Source of the DNA: Cirrosporium novae-zelandiae
Taxonomy: Eukaryota
Assembly (NCBI GenBank): GCA_026023565.1
Contig: JAPETS010000006.1
Coordinates: forward strand, 806,001 to 870,000
Reading direction: 5' to 3'
Length of the DNA stretch: 64,000 nt
The notes beneath the pieces were generated by a model. The model was not told the DNA's origin. It saw only the letters and a program-made list of their open reading frames with translations, and did not search any database. The translations under genes were made by a program, and so were the position numbers. Positions 14,001 to 26,403 of this stretch are shown piece after piece (position 1 is the first letter of the stretch; every line of letters starts with the position of its first letter).

Positions 14001-14535
14001 ACGAGAGTCGGTTGCAGCGATTCGATTTCCTAGAATGCGCATCAGTAAATTTGCTAAAGCATGTTAACGCGGCCTGGAGTCTCATAAAAAAATGACCCAG
14101 GATATCCAAAACTTCATCGAAACAACATCAAGGGTCCAGCTGTTCGTTCAAATATTATGTTTTGCGAGGCACGCCGACTACCTCAGCGACACGACAATGT
14201 TATATGCGGCTAGTTTCGATGGTTGTGACAAAATTGTCGAAATATTACTTGATAAAAATGTCGATGTAAATATAAAAGGGAGGTATTATGGCAATGCGCT
14301 TCAAATAGCTTCAGCTAAAGGTTATGAGAAGGTTATTGAAGTGCTGCTTAAGGTGGAAAATATCAATGTGAATATACAAGGGGGATGATATGGCAACGCA
14401 CTTCAAGCTTCAGCTTGGGGTTATAAAAAAATTGTTGAAATGCTACTTGAAAAAGGTGCTCTCTACTCCGACGAACTCGATGCTCAATCAACAACGACAA
14501 CCGCCGGCCCCGCAACACTAACCCCCACCAACTGA
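11013..14535 (+). pseudogene. NLR-like gene: N-terminal TM segments, SesB-like alpha/beta-hydrolase, NACHT, ankyrin repeats; disrupted
   Basis: Spliced VD|IVAVHGL, MWLRDYLP, GFIFLGTPHQGS and VVSRESAT...HRDM. P-loop GKPGCGKS, Walker B IVIDALDE, AGGIFLWA, FIHQSVKEYL. Ankyrin YGNALQ repeats. Frame break at A7 run 14086-14092 and in-frame TGA at 14386-14388. Confidence 0.85.
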
Positions 14536-15473
14536 CTCACATCCATGACCGTATCCTGCGCCGTCAACACCGCAAAAGCCCCCCCATTCACATTCTCCGG
14601 CACCTGCGCCTTCACAACACCCTCACCCGCCATCTCGGCCTCCACATACGTCGGGGTATTCAACTGATTCAACCAAGCAATATACAACTTCTGGCCGGAA
14701 GTAGCAAGCGAAGCATCAAACGAAAACGAGACCTCAGCCAACCGCGAGGAAGTCTCGCAAAAGGTAGAAGACAAGATCTCCAAAGCCGGAATAACCGGAA
14801 AATCAGGAACCACAGCACAAGACCCCTCCACCACAAACTGCTGTGCCAGATTCAAAGCATAAGCGCCCGGAAGCCTCGTATCAAAGGGCGTAGGATTCGG
14901 AACCACAAAGTCCCCATCCCCTGCCTCCATCCGAAAGAACGCATCATGCCTAGCCTCCACCGGCAAAATAGAAGCAAACGTCTGCGTCAACGCCGGATCC
15001 GAAACCTCCGTATCAACAGCCAGATCGATCACAGCCCCAATCCCCACCGTCGTAATCAAATTCGCCAATTCCAAAAACTCCATCTCGCTCTCAACCCCAA
15101 AGTCATATTTGCATGCTGGCACCAGCTCGACGTTGAAGTGGGAGAGGAGACCCTCGATCGCTTGCACGTGAATGGATTCCTGAGCGGCGACTTTGGAGAC
15201 CGTGGTGATGGTAGAGGTGGAGGAGTTCCAGATGTTGCTGAGGTTTTGGGCTCCCTGGGTGAAGAAGGCGGTTTCGAGATTTTCGAGGAAGAGAGCGGCT
15301 TGGAAGCCGCCCGAGGCGGTTTTGGAGAGCGTGGGGGGTGGGTCTGAGTTGGGGGTGCTGCCGCCGGCGATGGTGGAGGTGTTTGGGGCAGGGGTTGGGA
15401 GGGCGTGGAGGGGGGTGGAGAGGAGGGAGAAGAGAGAGAGGAGGGGAAGGGGAAGAAGGGTTGAGGTCCGCAT
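14484..15473 (-). CDS. Secreted ferritin-like domain protein (Rds1/Ferritin_2-like)
   Basis: Signal peptide MRTSTLLPLPLLSLF. Diiron-type motifs ALFLENLE, QESIHV and ILPVEARHDAFFR. Intronless, 329 aa. Confidence 0.85.
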   Translation of the reverse strand: MRTSTLLPLPLLSLFSLLSTPLHALPTPAPNTSTIAGGSTPNSDPPPTLSKTASGGFQAALFLENLETAFFTQGAQNLSNIWNSSTSTITTVSKVAAQESIHVQAIEGLLSHFNVELVPACKYDFGVESEMEFLELANLITTVGIGAVIDLAVDTEVSDPALTQTFASILPVEARHDAFFRMEAGDGDFVVPNPTPFDTRLPGAYALNLAQQFVVEGSCAVVPDFPVIPALEILSSTFCETSSRLAEVSFSFDASLATSGQKLYIAWLNQLNTPTYVEAEMAGEGVVKAQVPENVNGGAFAVLTAQDTVMDVSQLVGVSVAGPAVVVVD

Positions 15474-15961
15474 GGTTTGGTTTCTTTGGCGGTTTGGTTT
15501 GGTGTTTGATTGGTAGTTCGGTCTTCAGTTCTGTCAAGACGTTCAAGGCAATTCAAGGATATTGTATCGTATCGTATCAAATCAGATAGTAATCGTCTAA
15601 TCAAAAACAAATATTGCACTCTCTTCGTTCTTTCGTTCCCGTATCTCGTTCTTCGTACTATCCGTCTATAGCAAAAAAAAATCAAAAAGAGATAAAAGAG
15701 ATATTAATAACGTTATTAAAACTGATGATATTTTTTTTTCTAGTAAGAAGGATAGAGAGAGAGAAAGAAGAGGAGGTATTATATAGATAGAAGGCAAAGG
15801 GAAATTAGAGAGGCTGAGAGATATCCAAACTTTCTAAACTTTCTAAACCTTCTAAGCCTCCCCCATCCACCTCCACCCTAGGACCCCTGGCGGTGAGCAT
15901 CGCCACAAAAGGCCAGAAGGGTCAGTAGTAGTGGATATCCACTCACTATTACCGCCATCAC

Positions 15962-16026
15962 CACTCACTACCATCACTCACTACCATCACTCACTACCAT
16001 CACTCACTACCATCACTCACTACCAC
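15962..16026. repeat. 13-bp tandem repeat (CACTCACTACCAT)x5
   Basis: Read directly; last copy ends CAC. Confidence 0.9.
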
Positions 16027-17348
16027 CACCGTGCCAGTACAAAGCCAAAAAAAGTATGGGTCTGGGGTAAGGTAGAGAGAGAGATGGATAGAAAGCCACG
16101 TTGTTCTGTTCCTCCGCTTTTGGCTGCGTACTATATGGGACTAATGGGATATGGGATTTGGGATGTGGAATTTGGGAATGTGGGAATGAGAGCTAGTACG
16201 GACGCACTATAGAACACACACTACAGTACAGTACAGTATAGTATAGTATAGTATAGTACTAGAAGAAAGAAGGGAGAGAAGCCACAAATGATGACAGATA
16301 CATCCAACATCCATCGGAAAATAAAAGAATAGAACAATATGGAAATCAGGTACAATACACCTAACCCACACCTAACCCACATCTACCTACTTACCTACCA
16401 AACCCCTTGCATAAACTAAAACTGTAACGAGAGAAAACGAGAGCAAATGAGGCACGGTAGCTATAGCTATGTACTGTATGTATGTATTTACCTCCATCAG
16501 CCTCCAAATAACCCAATAACCCAAATACCCAATAGTTCTAATTTAGACAGGTAAGCCCAAAACAAAAGCTTAACTCGATACAAGCTTTCATGTCTGGATG
16601 GGTGTGGATGGATGGGTTGGATAAGCTTTTTTTTCCCTTTTTCGAAGGATCATAATACAGTTAGCAGTGGTGGTGGATTCTTTTTTTTTGGTTGGCTAAG
16701 TTGATCACGGAGAAAATAATCAAAAATAATAAATGGAGGCTGGGGAGAAAAGAAGCAAGAAGCTGAGGTTCCTAGCTACCCTACTTACTGTACCTAGTTT
16801 AGCTCATTAGCGAGTGAGGCTTGGCTCTTTTTTAGTGTTAATTAGTGTTAGATTAGGAGTGCAATAATTAAGGTTGATTTGGTTAGGTTGGGTGGGGGGA
16901 TTCTAAAAATAAGCTTGTTTTGGGTTTTGGAGTTTTAGAGGGAGTGGGAGGCTTGTTTTTTTTGGTTGATGGATGGATTGGACTAATTAACTAATTACCT
17001 AGGTAGGTATAGGAAGGTAAGGCTGGATGGATGGATGGTTAGGTAGGTAGGTAGTTAGTTGTAGCTTGTTGTTGGGGAGGATTTTGGAAAATAAATGAGT
17101 AAGCCAATTTCCACCGTCATTTTTAATTATTTTAGATTTAAACAAGTGGCTACTCGAGTATAGTGCTATGGTAAGTAGGCTGGCCCCAGGTACTAGGCCT
17201 TATGATGGTGATGATTTGGCTCTATTTTTGGCTTGTTACTCCTCGAGTACATAACAATAATGACTTCGGTTATTGTCTACTAATAATCTTTATTCCTTAC
17301 TGTCATCTAAACAACTTGTTGAAGAACCATCTTTTTATTTAACTTATA

Positions 17349-19618
17349 TCACTCTTGTAATTTCCGATCATTCACCGTCGACTCCTCTGCAGCTCTATCC
17401 ATATACTCCCTCAGCCTTTCTTCGATCCTCTCATCCCATCGTCCCAATATCCTCGCTGCCCCCAAAGCGGCATTTGTGGAATTGTTGACGCTCACAGTGA
17501 ACACCGGGACACCTCTGGGCATGTTTAGGATGCTAAGGACGCTGTCCATGCCGTCACCAATGCTGGGTTTGACGGGTATGCCAATAACTGGCATTACTTT
17601 GGAGAAAGCTGCGACCATGCCAGGGAGATGTGCAGCACCACCTGTGTTTTTGAAGTTGGTTAGATAGGTAGCTTGAAGACGTGAGGGTTGTAATGTTGGG
17701 AAAGTCCACTACGCAATATTTGTTAATACGTACCTGCTGCTGCTATGATTACCTTCACGCCTCTTTCGGTGGCGTCTCTCGCATACTCTGCCATAAGATC
17801 GGGGGTTCGATGGGCTGATTTTATACCTTTCTCAAATGGGATACCAAAGTCTTTTAAAATCTTATAACAAGGTTCTAGTACCGGTTGGTCAGATATCGAA
17901 CCTGTCACTATACCGACAAGGGGTTTGGATGCAGGTGTTTGGGGCCGAGCCGCTGGAGTGGATACTTTGGAGTCTTCTTTGGGTGCGAATCGTTCGGCGC
18001 GGAGTTCGTCCGCCATCTTTATTAAGGGTTCGATGACTTGTTCTGCTTTTTCCATGCTGCGTCTTGCTACGGTGATATGACCGAGCTTTCTGCCCGGTCT
18101 TGCTTCACCTTTCCCGTAGAGATGGACCTTCGCCGCAACTGCGTCAGCAGCGTTGGCAAGTTTGAGGTAGGAATATGGATTCGCGCCACCGAGAATGTTG
18201 AGCATGATCGCAGGATTGAGGAGCTAACCAAAAGAAACTAGTTAGATAAAGTTATAGACTTAATATGGCATATTGGGGGTAGTTTAGAAAATGATTTAGG
18301 AATAGAATTTGAAACTCACCTCTAGACCTTCTTTGGGAATAGGTCGATTGAGGATAGAGAGTATGTGGGCATCATATTGCGACAAAGGACACGCTTCAAT
18401 GGTATAATGGCCAGAGTTGTGAGGCCTTGGGGCGATTTCGTTTACTAGCAGATTGCCATCCTCTAAAAGAAACATCTCTACACCAAATATTCCTTTGCCT
18501 CTAAAACTAGCAATGGCTCGTCGTGCAAGGTTTTGAGCTGCGATATTGGTTTCATCGGATATAGCGCGAGCTGGAGCGTAGCACAATTTGCAGATGCTGT
18601 CTTCATGAATAGTTTCAACCGTAGGGTATGACAATGTCGAGGATTCCCAAGACGAAGGGTTAGCCTCATCCTTGGTCTTTACAACCATAACAGCCAACTC
18701 TTTTGTAAAATTTGCCCATCTTTCTCCGTAGAGAGGTCGATTTTTCAAAGCTTCGAGGGCTGGTTTGAAGTCTGATAGTGACTTGACAGGGAAATTCCCC
18801 CTTCCATCGTAAGCGTTGGTACGAGCCTTGAGCATGAAAGGTAGACCGAGGGTTTCCGAAGCCCTTTTCAATTCCTCTTCTGATGCCGTAGGAATAGGAA
18901 TCGAGTCTGCTATGGCGACTTTGCCTTCTATTAACCTTTCCTTCTGGGCATATTTGTCCTGGATCACCCTTATTGTTTCCCAGCTTGGCTGAATCTCTAG
19001 ACTTTTGCCTTGCTCCCGTGTTTCTTTTTCTAATTCCTCAAGTACATAAGTATCCACATGCTCTATTTCGACGGTCAAGATATCGCATTGTTTCGCGAGC
19101 TTGCGTATGGCTTGAGGGTCTGAAAAGGATCCGTTTACATTGGAAGACGAAGGGTTTATTTGCTTTGCCGGAGCACCGGACTTGTCCAAGATAGCGACAT
19201 TGATATTTCTTCGGCTTGCTGCTTCACACAACATCCGGCCTATATGACGGGGTTAGCTCAGATCCCATGGAACCAAACCGCCAAGCCAAATGACAGAATA
19301 CTTGAGACTTCAGACATACAAGGCCATTCTGTTGATCCAAAGGTTTGCTTAGTACTCAAGCCACCATATTTAGCACCAATTGAGATTAAGCGCTCCCTCA
19401 AATCTCATAGTACTTGGAGACTTTTTTGTCATGGTGCCCATCAAAGCTGGTTTCGATTAGAGACTGGATTCCTGCCCCTTCTATACCTAGGTCCTTAACA
19501 TTGGGTTTGGTTTTTGTCGCAGTCTCAAGTATTCTGTCGCTCAACTTGGGACAAGAGTTGGGAGATAGTAATTACCCAACTGGCCGCCACCCAGAACACC
19601 TATAGTGCGGTCATCCAT
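17349..19618 (-). CDS. ADE2: Phosphoribosylaminoimidazole carboxylase (PurK-PurE fusion)
   Basis: Exon 1 19618-19576 MDDRTIGVLGGGQLG; intron 19575-19240. ATP-grasp motifs YDGRGN and NEIAPRPHNSGH, GRKLGH. PurE motifs SAHRTP, AAHLPGMVAA and MPRGVPV. Confidence 0.97.
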
Positions 19619-20460
19619 AGTTAGATATTGGGCCAATGGAGGAATGATTACTGTAAATTTGTTGATTATGTTAAGGGTAAAACCCTGACTCCACACAGAC
19701 CAGTTCAAACACACGAAACCCGTAGAATGGATTCTAGGATAGTAACTAATTCAACTCGTTTACCTCAAGAGGTTACGTAGTATTGCTTCTCGTGAATAGA
19801 GAGGAAATGGCGAATTGTACTGGCAAGGAGTCGAATCAAAGTGGGTAAATTCTTATGTAGGTGGACTAAATGTATTATTTGTATTATTTCCTTATCGGCA
19901 AACAGCCCAAGCACGCCAAGTAATCGATCCTCGGTGACAATAATATCCGAGTCCTGACATTGATAGCCAATCTTGAAAGTGCCTACCCCGCCCCCGCCCC
20001 CCACCTCAGTAAGGCTGCCCGACATTTCCAAGTCACCCCGCCAGATCCCTGCTGTGCTAAAACATTTATATTTCTCCCTTCAATGCTCAAAGACAAAAAT
20101 TATCGACATACATGTTCCTTTACATATACCCTGCTTGACTTTGTATATGTGCTCAATATTGCCTGATCACAGCTGAAGCCTACGAGCAATTTTCCGACTA
20201 ATTCTCAAATATACTATACAAAACATTAACTAAAGATTTTTCTCAACTCCACATATTATCCTATGATAGCAGTAACGATGCGGAGATAAACCATTGTATT
20301 GACTTCCTCCTTAAGGCCTTCTTTCCGAGGCTTCATATAAGGAAGTCTTCTTTCTTCCAGAAACACAGAACACATGAATCATTAAATAAGAGTACTAATA
20401 AAGGCATTCACTCTAGCATTCAACCAAACCTCTAAAAGGCATTCTTCCGTAGCCCATGCC

Positions 20461-21250
20461 ATGCCTAATGAAGACCCTTCTCATTACACCTACGACCACA
20501 ACAAATTTGTCCTAAGCTCCCGCGAATGGCACGCCCCAGTTAATTCAACAGGATGTTTATTGGACTCCTTGAAACCTAACATGAAGATCCTTGATGTCGG
20601 CTACGGGCCAGGTATCATCACTGCTGGCTTCACTCAGTGGGTTCCTCAAGGTGATGTCACCAAAGTTGACGTCCCTTTGAAGATGTCCTCGAACACGCAC
20701 AGAATGTTGCTACTAAACGTCAAGTTCTTGAAAGCAGATATTCATTCCTTGCCATTTTTGACAACACGTTGGACGTTGTACAATACACGCCTCCGCAGTC
20801 ATGCAGCACGTGGGAGAAGGGATCGCTCCCCTTCATAAAATACGACGAGCCACGAAACCTGGTGAAATTGTTGATTGTGATCCAGTATTCTCTGAATACC
20901 ATAGGTATCCTGACGTAGATGGGGACTCAATGCCTAGAAAGATATTTACTTAAAAATTGGTCATTTTCATAGTGGTGAACCTGATGCGGGAAGCCGTCTT
21001 CATGCATATGCAAAGCAGACTGGTTTTGAACGAGAAAATATCACCACCAAGGCTGGTTGGTTCATGATACTACAACAACCTAGAAGAAAGAGATTGGCGG
21101 AGTAGGTTATGGGCAGATGGTACTCTAACTTCCGGATCTGCAACTACTGCTATTTTGAAAATGCTTGCTACAAAAGAAGAGCTGAGCCATCTCTCTCAAG
21201 AATAGCAAAAGTGGGGACTCATTCCTCAAGGACGGAGATATTAGCCAGAA
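20461..21250 (+). pseudogene. Degenerate UbiE/COQ5-like class I SAM methyltransferase
   Basis: LKPNMKILDVGYGPGIIT, FLKADIHSLPF, GEPDAGSRLHAYAKQTGF and EERDW..LWADG..ATKEEL..LSQE*QKWG lie in different frames with stops; 3' end approximate. Confidence 0.75.
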
Positions 21251-22934
21251 GATAAAGTTGACAAGATCATGTACTATGTAAGAGACAAGTTTTTTTTGAC
21301 AGGATCTTTTTTGCAAGGACTTGGAATGAAGCAGGAAATGCCACTCGATGCCCTTGTCACTTACATATGTTATGAATCAACAAAAAAAACATCCTTCAAT
21401 AAATTACGCGAACCCAGGTTGTCGGAGAGATATATTACATTACCTCACCTTGAGACAAAGTATATGCCGAAACATGCAGCCTTCCTCTTTTAAAGTGTGT
21501 GGAGAATTAAAGGCATTTCCCCCAGAAATCCCATTGATGACTTGTCTTTGATTTCCATTTCGGTTTTAATGCATGATCTGGAAATTGCCAAATGCCGTGG
21601 AAGATGTTTTCGAAGTCTTTGCCAGCAACAAAGTGGAAGAGGCTAAATAGTCAATCAAATAATTTAGGCATCACTGTTGTTTGTTTGCCTAATTATGAAT
21701 AATAGTTTGCGCTTACAGTTGCAGTTTTAGGTATTTTTTCGTTATTTGAATATTAGATAGTGCCCCGGTTGAATTGCTAGAGCCAAATAGTGGAAATAGT
21801 GGAAAGATCAGGAGTGAATTTAGGGATGACAGGCTTCTGGAAGGTGATTTTCTCCGCACTACCAAATACCGGCCCCCAGCCAAATCTTCGGAAGACGTGC
21901 AGAAGCTGCAGGATGCTCCACCGTTTCAAACCAAGTCGTACGATTCTCCTTTAGGCCCTTTAGTCCTGTTTTATTTGTTCGATTTTGTCAAATCATTAAA
22001 AGACTTGCAATACTACACTGTTATTGTTCCAGCTATGTATCACTGTCGGCCTGAAGGAAATGGGCACAAGCCTTTAACAGCCCTTCGGAAGCAGAGGAAC
22101 AAGGATTGGCCCACAATGCAATGATCTTCAATGCTTCGGCTTTCCCCCTAACAGATCCAAATGGCCTTGTCTCATCGCATCATCGTCTATGGACGAATCT
22201 GTGTCGGCTGAACTGAAGACCAAAACACAAAAAAGGATGATTCACCTGCCTGAGACCAACATGGCAATATTTCGGCGATCGAGAGGACCAGATACGCCAG
22301 ATAGGAAAGCATTTTTCTTGGATTATTTTGTTACTCCGAGATGGTCCCGAGAAATGCAAGATCCCCCCTCAAAAGCACATTTTAATCAATTTAACCCGCA
22401 TTGGCAGCTTTGTCTAATTTGTTCTCCAAGCCAGCCGTGTTGACGTGGGGGTGTAGAAGTGGTGTGGAAACCATATTCTGGGGAACGTTGCACTTCCAAT
22501 CCCTGGTGGAGTCGAATGGCCTCAGTGGCGCCGGGGAAGCCACGCCGGACATGGGGGTGACATGAGAATGAAAATCGGTCTATCGAGTCTCTGGAATTAT
22601 CGCCTGAAGGTGGTGACGCGGCAATACTCCTCCACCGTAACGAGCATCTTACAATTTCGCATGGATGTTTCTGGATAATTGCAGATACGAGGCTGCATAC
22701 GGCACTGCTGTTGCTTGTTACTGGTGATCGGTTGCTTGCAGGATAGCACAACTGTATACTGTTATGCAAGCCGTATCGAGGTTGTATGCCCAACAGCCTC
22801 AAGAATCAGGTAGCATTATTGTTACGGGGATGAATAACTACGTTGAAGAAGCCACGAAAGTGCGAGATGCCTAACATCACCAATTCACACTGTACTTTGT
22901 TGAAAGTAATACAGGAATCAGTAATCCAGGTAAG

Positions 22935-22974
22935 GCGAAACAGAGCGAAACAGAGCGAAATAGAGCGAAACAGA
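22935..22974. repeat. 10-bp tandem repeat (GCGAAACAGA)x4
   Basis: Read directly; one C>T variant. Confidence 0.9.
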
Positions 22975-23712
22975 CCTATAGATACACATTGAACAAACGG
23001 AGAGACAAGAGTTCAGAATCTAGAGTTCTTTGGGGGGGGATGCCTGAATTAACTGAAGAAGTGCTAGACACCTTTGAATCTTTGAGTCTTTGACACCTGG
23101 ACATATTGGAGGGGGAAAAATGAAAAATAAAATAAAAAAACCAAGGCCAAGGAGCTTTACCCCAGACGCCAAATGGGATAACGGATTTCAGTTGGTCTCC
23201 AGTTGAAATTCTAGCGGTGAAACCTGGCTCATGGGAATTACTTGGGAATTCCTGGTGGTGGTCCAAGTGGTCTTAGACTCTCTTCCGAATCACACCCATT
23301 TCTTACATTCTTGTCCATTCTAACCCAGTTTAACCCTTGCTGAATATCCATGGCTTTCCACGGCCTTTTCTATCCGGACTTTAGCTTATAAGATTATTTA
23401 TTTATTTAACTCTACCATCTCCCTTGCATTCCTCGTCGTCTTCATAATTCCTTCTCGCCATCCAATTCACCCATCAAGGAGATCGAGCTGTGTATTCCTG
23501 GCCCTTGCGCATAACCTGTCTCAAGTAACAACAATCCTCCTGTGATACCACCGATAATATATATACAGTCGGCCTTCCCTCCATGTCATCTTCTTTCTGA
23601 GTATTGTCTGACTAATTTTCCATATAGATCGTCGCATTAGGTGCCTACATCTGAATTTATCCATCCTTCAAGCCCTTGGATCCCTCAACAATTGTTTATA
23701 ATCCTCTCCACG

Positions 23713-23952
23713 ATGACTTCAGCTCTCCCGCAGGCTCGTCGCAAGCTCTCTCTCCTCACGTCCTCCACTCTGGGAGATGACCTTTCATTAATCATGAAGG
23801 CCTCCCGACCACCAAAGTTCAACGTCAACTCTACAACCAGAACGGTGATGGAACAACCCCCTCCACCCCCGCCATCACCTGTCGGGTGGAATCCCCACTC
23901 ATTGCCGGAGTGGGAAGTCGAAGAACAGAGTCTCGCCTCATCTCAGCGATAA
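23713..23952 (+). CDS. Small Pro/Ser-rich hypothetical protein (79 aa)
   Basis: ATG ORF MTSALPQARRKLSL...MEQPPPPPPSP. Upstream CTAAT...YAG acceptor near 23627 suggests a spliced 5' UTR. Confidence 0.35.
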   Translation: MTSALPQARRKLSLLTSSTLGDDLSLIMKASRPPKFNVNSTTRTVMEQPPPPPPSPVGWNPHSLPEWEVEEQSLASSQR

Positions 23953-25096
23953 AGGATTCTTGGCAAAAAAGAAGGTCGGGGTGGGTGGGGTATATTCATT
24001 TAACGGCGTTATGGACGGACGCCTCGGAGTTTCGGCATATATGGAATACCAGCTGGATATCTGGCATCCATTGACGGATCAACGGGCAACTGGAACACCT
24101 TGACGAGCTGGAGTTTTTTGAACATGGGTTATTACGTCGCAAGCATTCAATAACGACTTATTTTTTAATGACCTTGTGGTCAACCATACATCTATACATT
24201 CAGACGCGTTCGTTGAGCTGGTATCATGAGAGAATGGGCATGTCAAACTATCCTGTATAGTTCGGATTGACAATCTATTTTATTTATTCTTAGTGGAGAT
24301 AACTAGAGACCAATCAATGTCGGCACGTTATGCTCTCACTCTTCATTTTAGTGGTCCTCGTGTCATCTGAGTGGGGAATTTGCTCTCGCTTGGAAAAGAC
24401 ACTTAAGGGGCACACACACGAGGGGCTATCTCGGAGAGAAGATGTAATTAATTGTCCCTAGCTCCAACCCGTTCCAATTTTTAAGTGGGATGAATCGGAC
24501 AGTGGATCTGGAAAAGATGGATTTGTAGTAATTTTTTTAATTAACCTTGTATATTTGACAAGTAGGAAAGAGAGAAGTCCTGTAGACCGTTGAGAGAGGG
24601 GCATTGGAGGGGTTTGAAAAGGAGAGGAAAATGAGGCTTATTTTTAACGTTTTTAGGTTGAGGAACTTGTGATGGCAGTGGAGGCCTTCTTAAGGGCGCT
24701 AGGCCTTCTTTTGGCTTCATTTGATCATTCGGCCTTGCCACAACTGCTTTCCGCTTTTACTCTGCTGCTGTGACACATTTAGTATTCTATCTCCGCTGTT
24801 TCCAATTTGTAATTTTCCAAACTTCTCCTCTCTTGTAAAATCCCACTTAACTTGGTTATTCCATATTCCATATTCCATATTCCATATCCCGTATCCCGTA
24901 TCCCCATATCCCCATTCATAACATGTCTTCTGTCTAAAAAGACCATTCCTTCACCTTGTTCAAATCAACCTCTCCTAATCTACTTCCTGAAAGCGTCTGA
25001 GCTCAACGCCAAGCAACCCTTATGACTTCAGTTCCAATTCATTCACCATCCAACTCTTCTTATTGTCCAGGCTCAGATCGCTTTTCGATTTAATTC

Positions 25097-26403
25097 ATGC
25101 ACCCACCTACCTTTCCACCCACAATTCTCGACCATGTTATCGCGTCCACATCGGACATCCCCACCCCTACCCCAACGGTAGCCGTTAGTTCTCTTCAAAT
25201 CACATCATCATTTCTCATGAATTCTCTACATGAGTCTGGAGCATTGGCTCCTACAGCAACCATCGGCCAGTCAATGCTTACGACCGCTATCGCAATTGCG
25301 ACCGCAGCAGCCGTCAATTCCACTTCAAGGCCGCCACATGACGATGAAGAAGATAGAGGGGAATGTAGATTACTAGGGCCGTTTGCTCTGGTTGTACAAG
25401 GTGCTTTGGGAGGACTAGCCTTACTCGCGCTAGTATACAAAAGATGGAGGGAGAGACCCCAACGACCGGTAAAAATCTGGGCATTCGATGTATCAAAACA
25501 GGTCGTAGGATCAGTTTTATTACATATCGCGAACCTTTTTATGTCCATGTTCTCTGCTGGCCAGGATCCTCTTCCCTCTGCTACGGCTTCATACAAACCT
25601 AATCCGTGCTCGTTTTATATTCTTAATCTTGGGATCGATGTGAGTTTTCTGACACTCTGGTTTTCACTACATCGGATAAATAGCTGACTTATACCAAGAC
25701 GACCGTTGGCATCCCTGTTCTTGCGCTTCTTCTTCGTATCCTCCACTACGGCTTCTCCCAAACACCCCTCGCCAATCCCCCAGAATCAATACAGTCTGGA
25801 AACTATGGCCACCCACCCCGCGCTACCTGGTGGCTCAAACAGTCCTTTATCTACTTCCTCGGTCTCATAGGCATGAAGATGTGTGTATTTGTATTCTTCC
25901 AATTATGTCCTTGGATTATCAAGCTCGGGGAATGGGCTCTTAAGTGGACGGAAGGGAACGAGGCGATCCAAATAACGTTCGTGATGCTACTATTTCCTCT
26001 CATCATGAACGCGATCCAGTACTACATCATTGATGGCTTCATCAAGAACAAGGCACCTAGCGACCACGAACCGATCCCCAACGAGGACGAAAGAAGTTTA
26101 AACGAGGGCACAGAATACATCGATTCCCAAATGCTAAACGAAGATGACGAGGGCGACGAAAGCGAAGCTCTGATGAAAGCCTCTGTCAAGGAGACAGAAC
26201 GCCGTCAACAAACACCTACCTCTAAGGCCAGAAGATTCCGCGAATATGATCCCCACAGGGACGGAGAAACCACCCCGATTATTGTCGCAAGCAGCAGCAG
26301 CCCCAGTCGCGATTCCACGGCCGAAGACGCGCTATTATCAGCCCCACTAGGTGATAAAGCCAAGGATATAGACCGTACGCGACATCCAAGCTCGAGATCA
26401 TAG
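25097..26403 (+). CDS. Vacuolar membrane protein, YPL162C/STIMATE-like family
   Basis: ECRLLGPFALVVQGALG, KRWRERPQRPVKIWAFDVSKQ, NPCSFYILNLGID|TTVG (intron ~25640-25698), SGNYGHPP...WWLKQ, FPLIMNAIQYYIIDGFIK. Confidence 0.9.

Noticed and set aside
14946..15685. Several overlapping ORFs of 100-200 aa
   Set aside because: Shadow frames of the GC-rich ferritin-like CDS.
15962..16026. Repeat arrays as CRISPR-like
   Set aside because: No spacers and the context is eukaryotic; these are simple minisatellites.
21774..22802. ORFs of 84-138 aa on both strands
   Set aside because: No recognisable motif or consistent splice structure.
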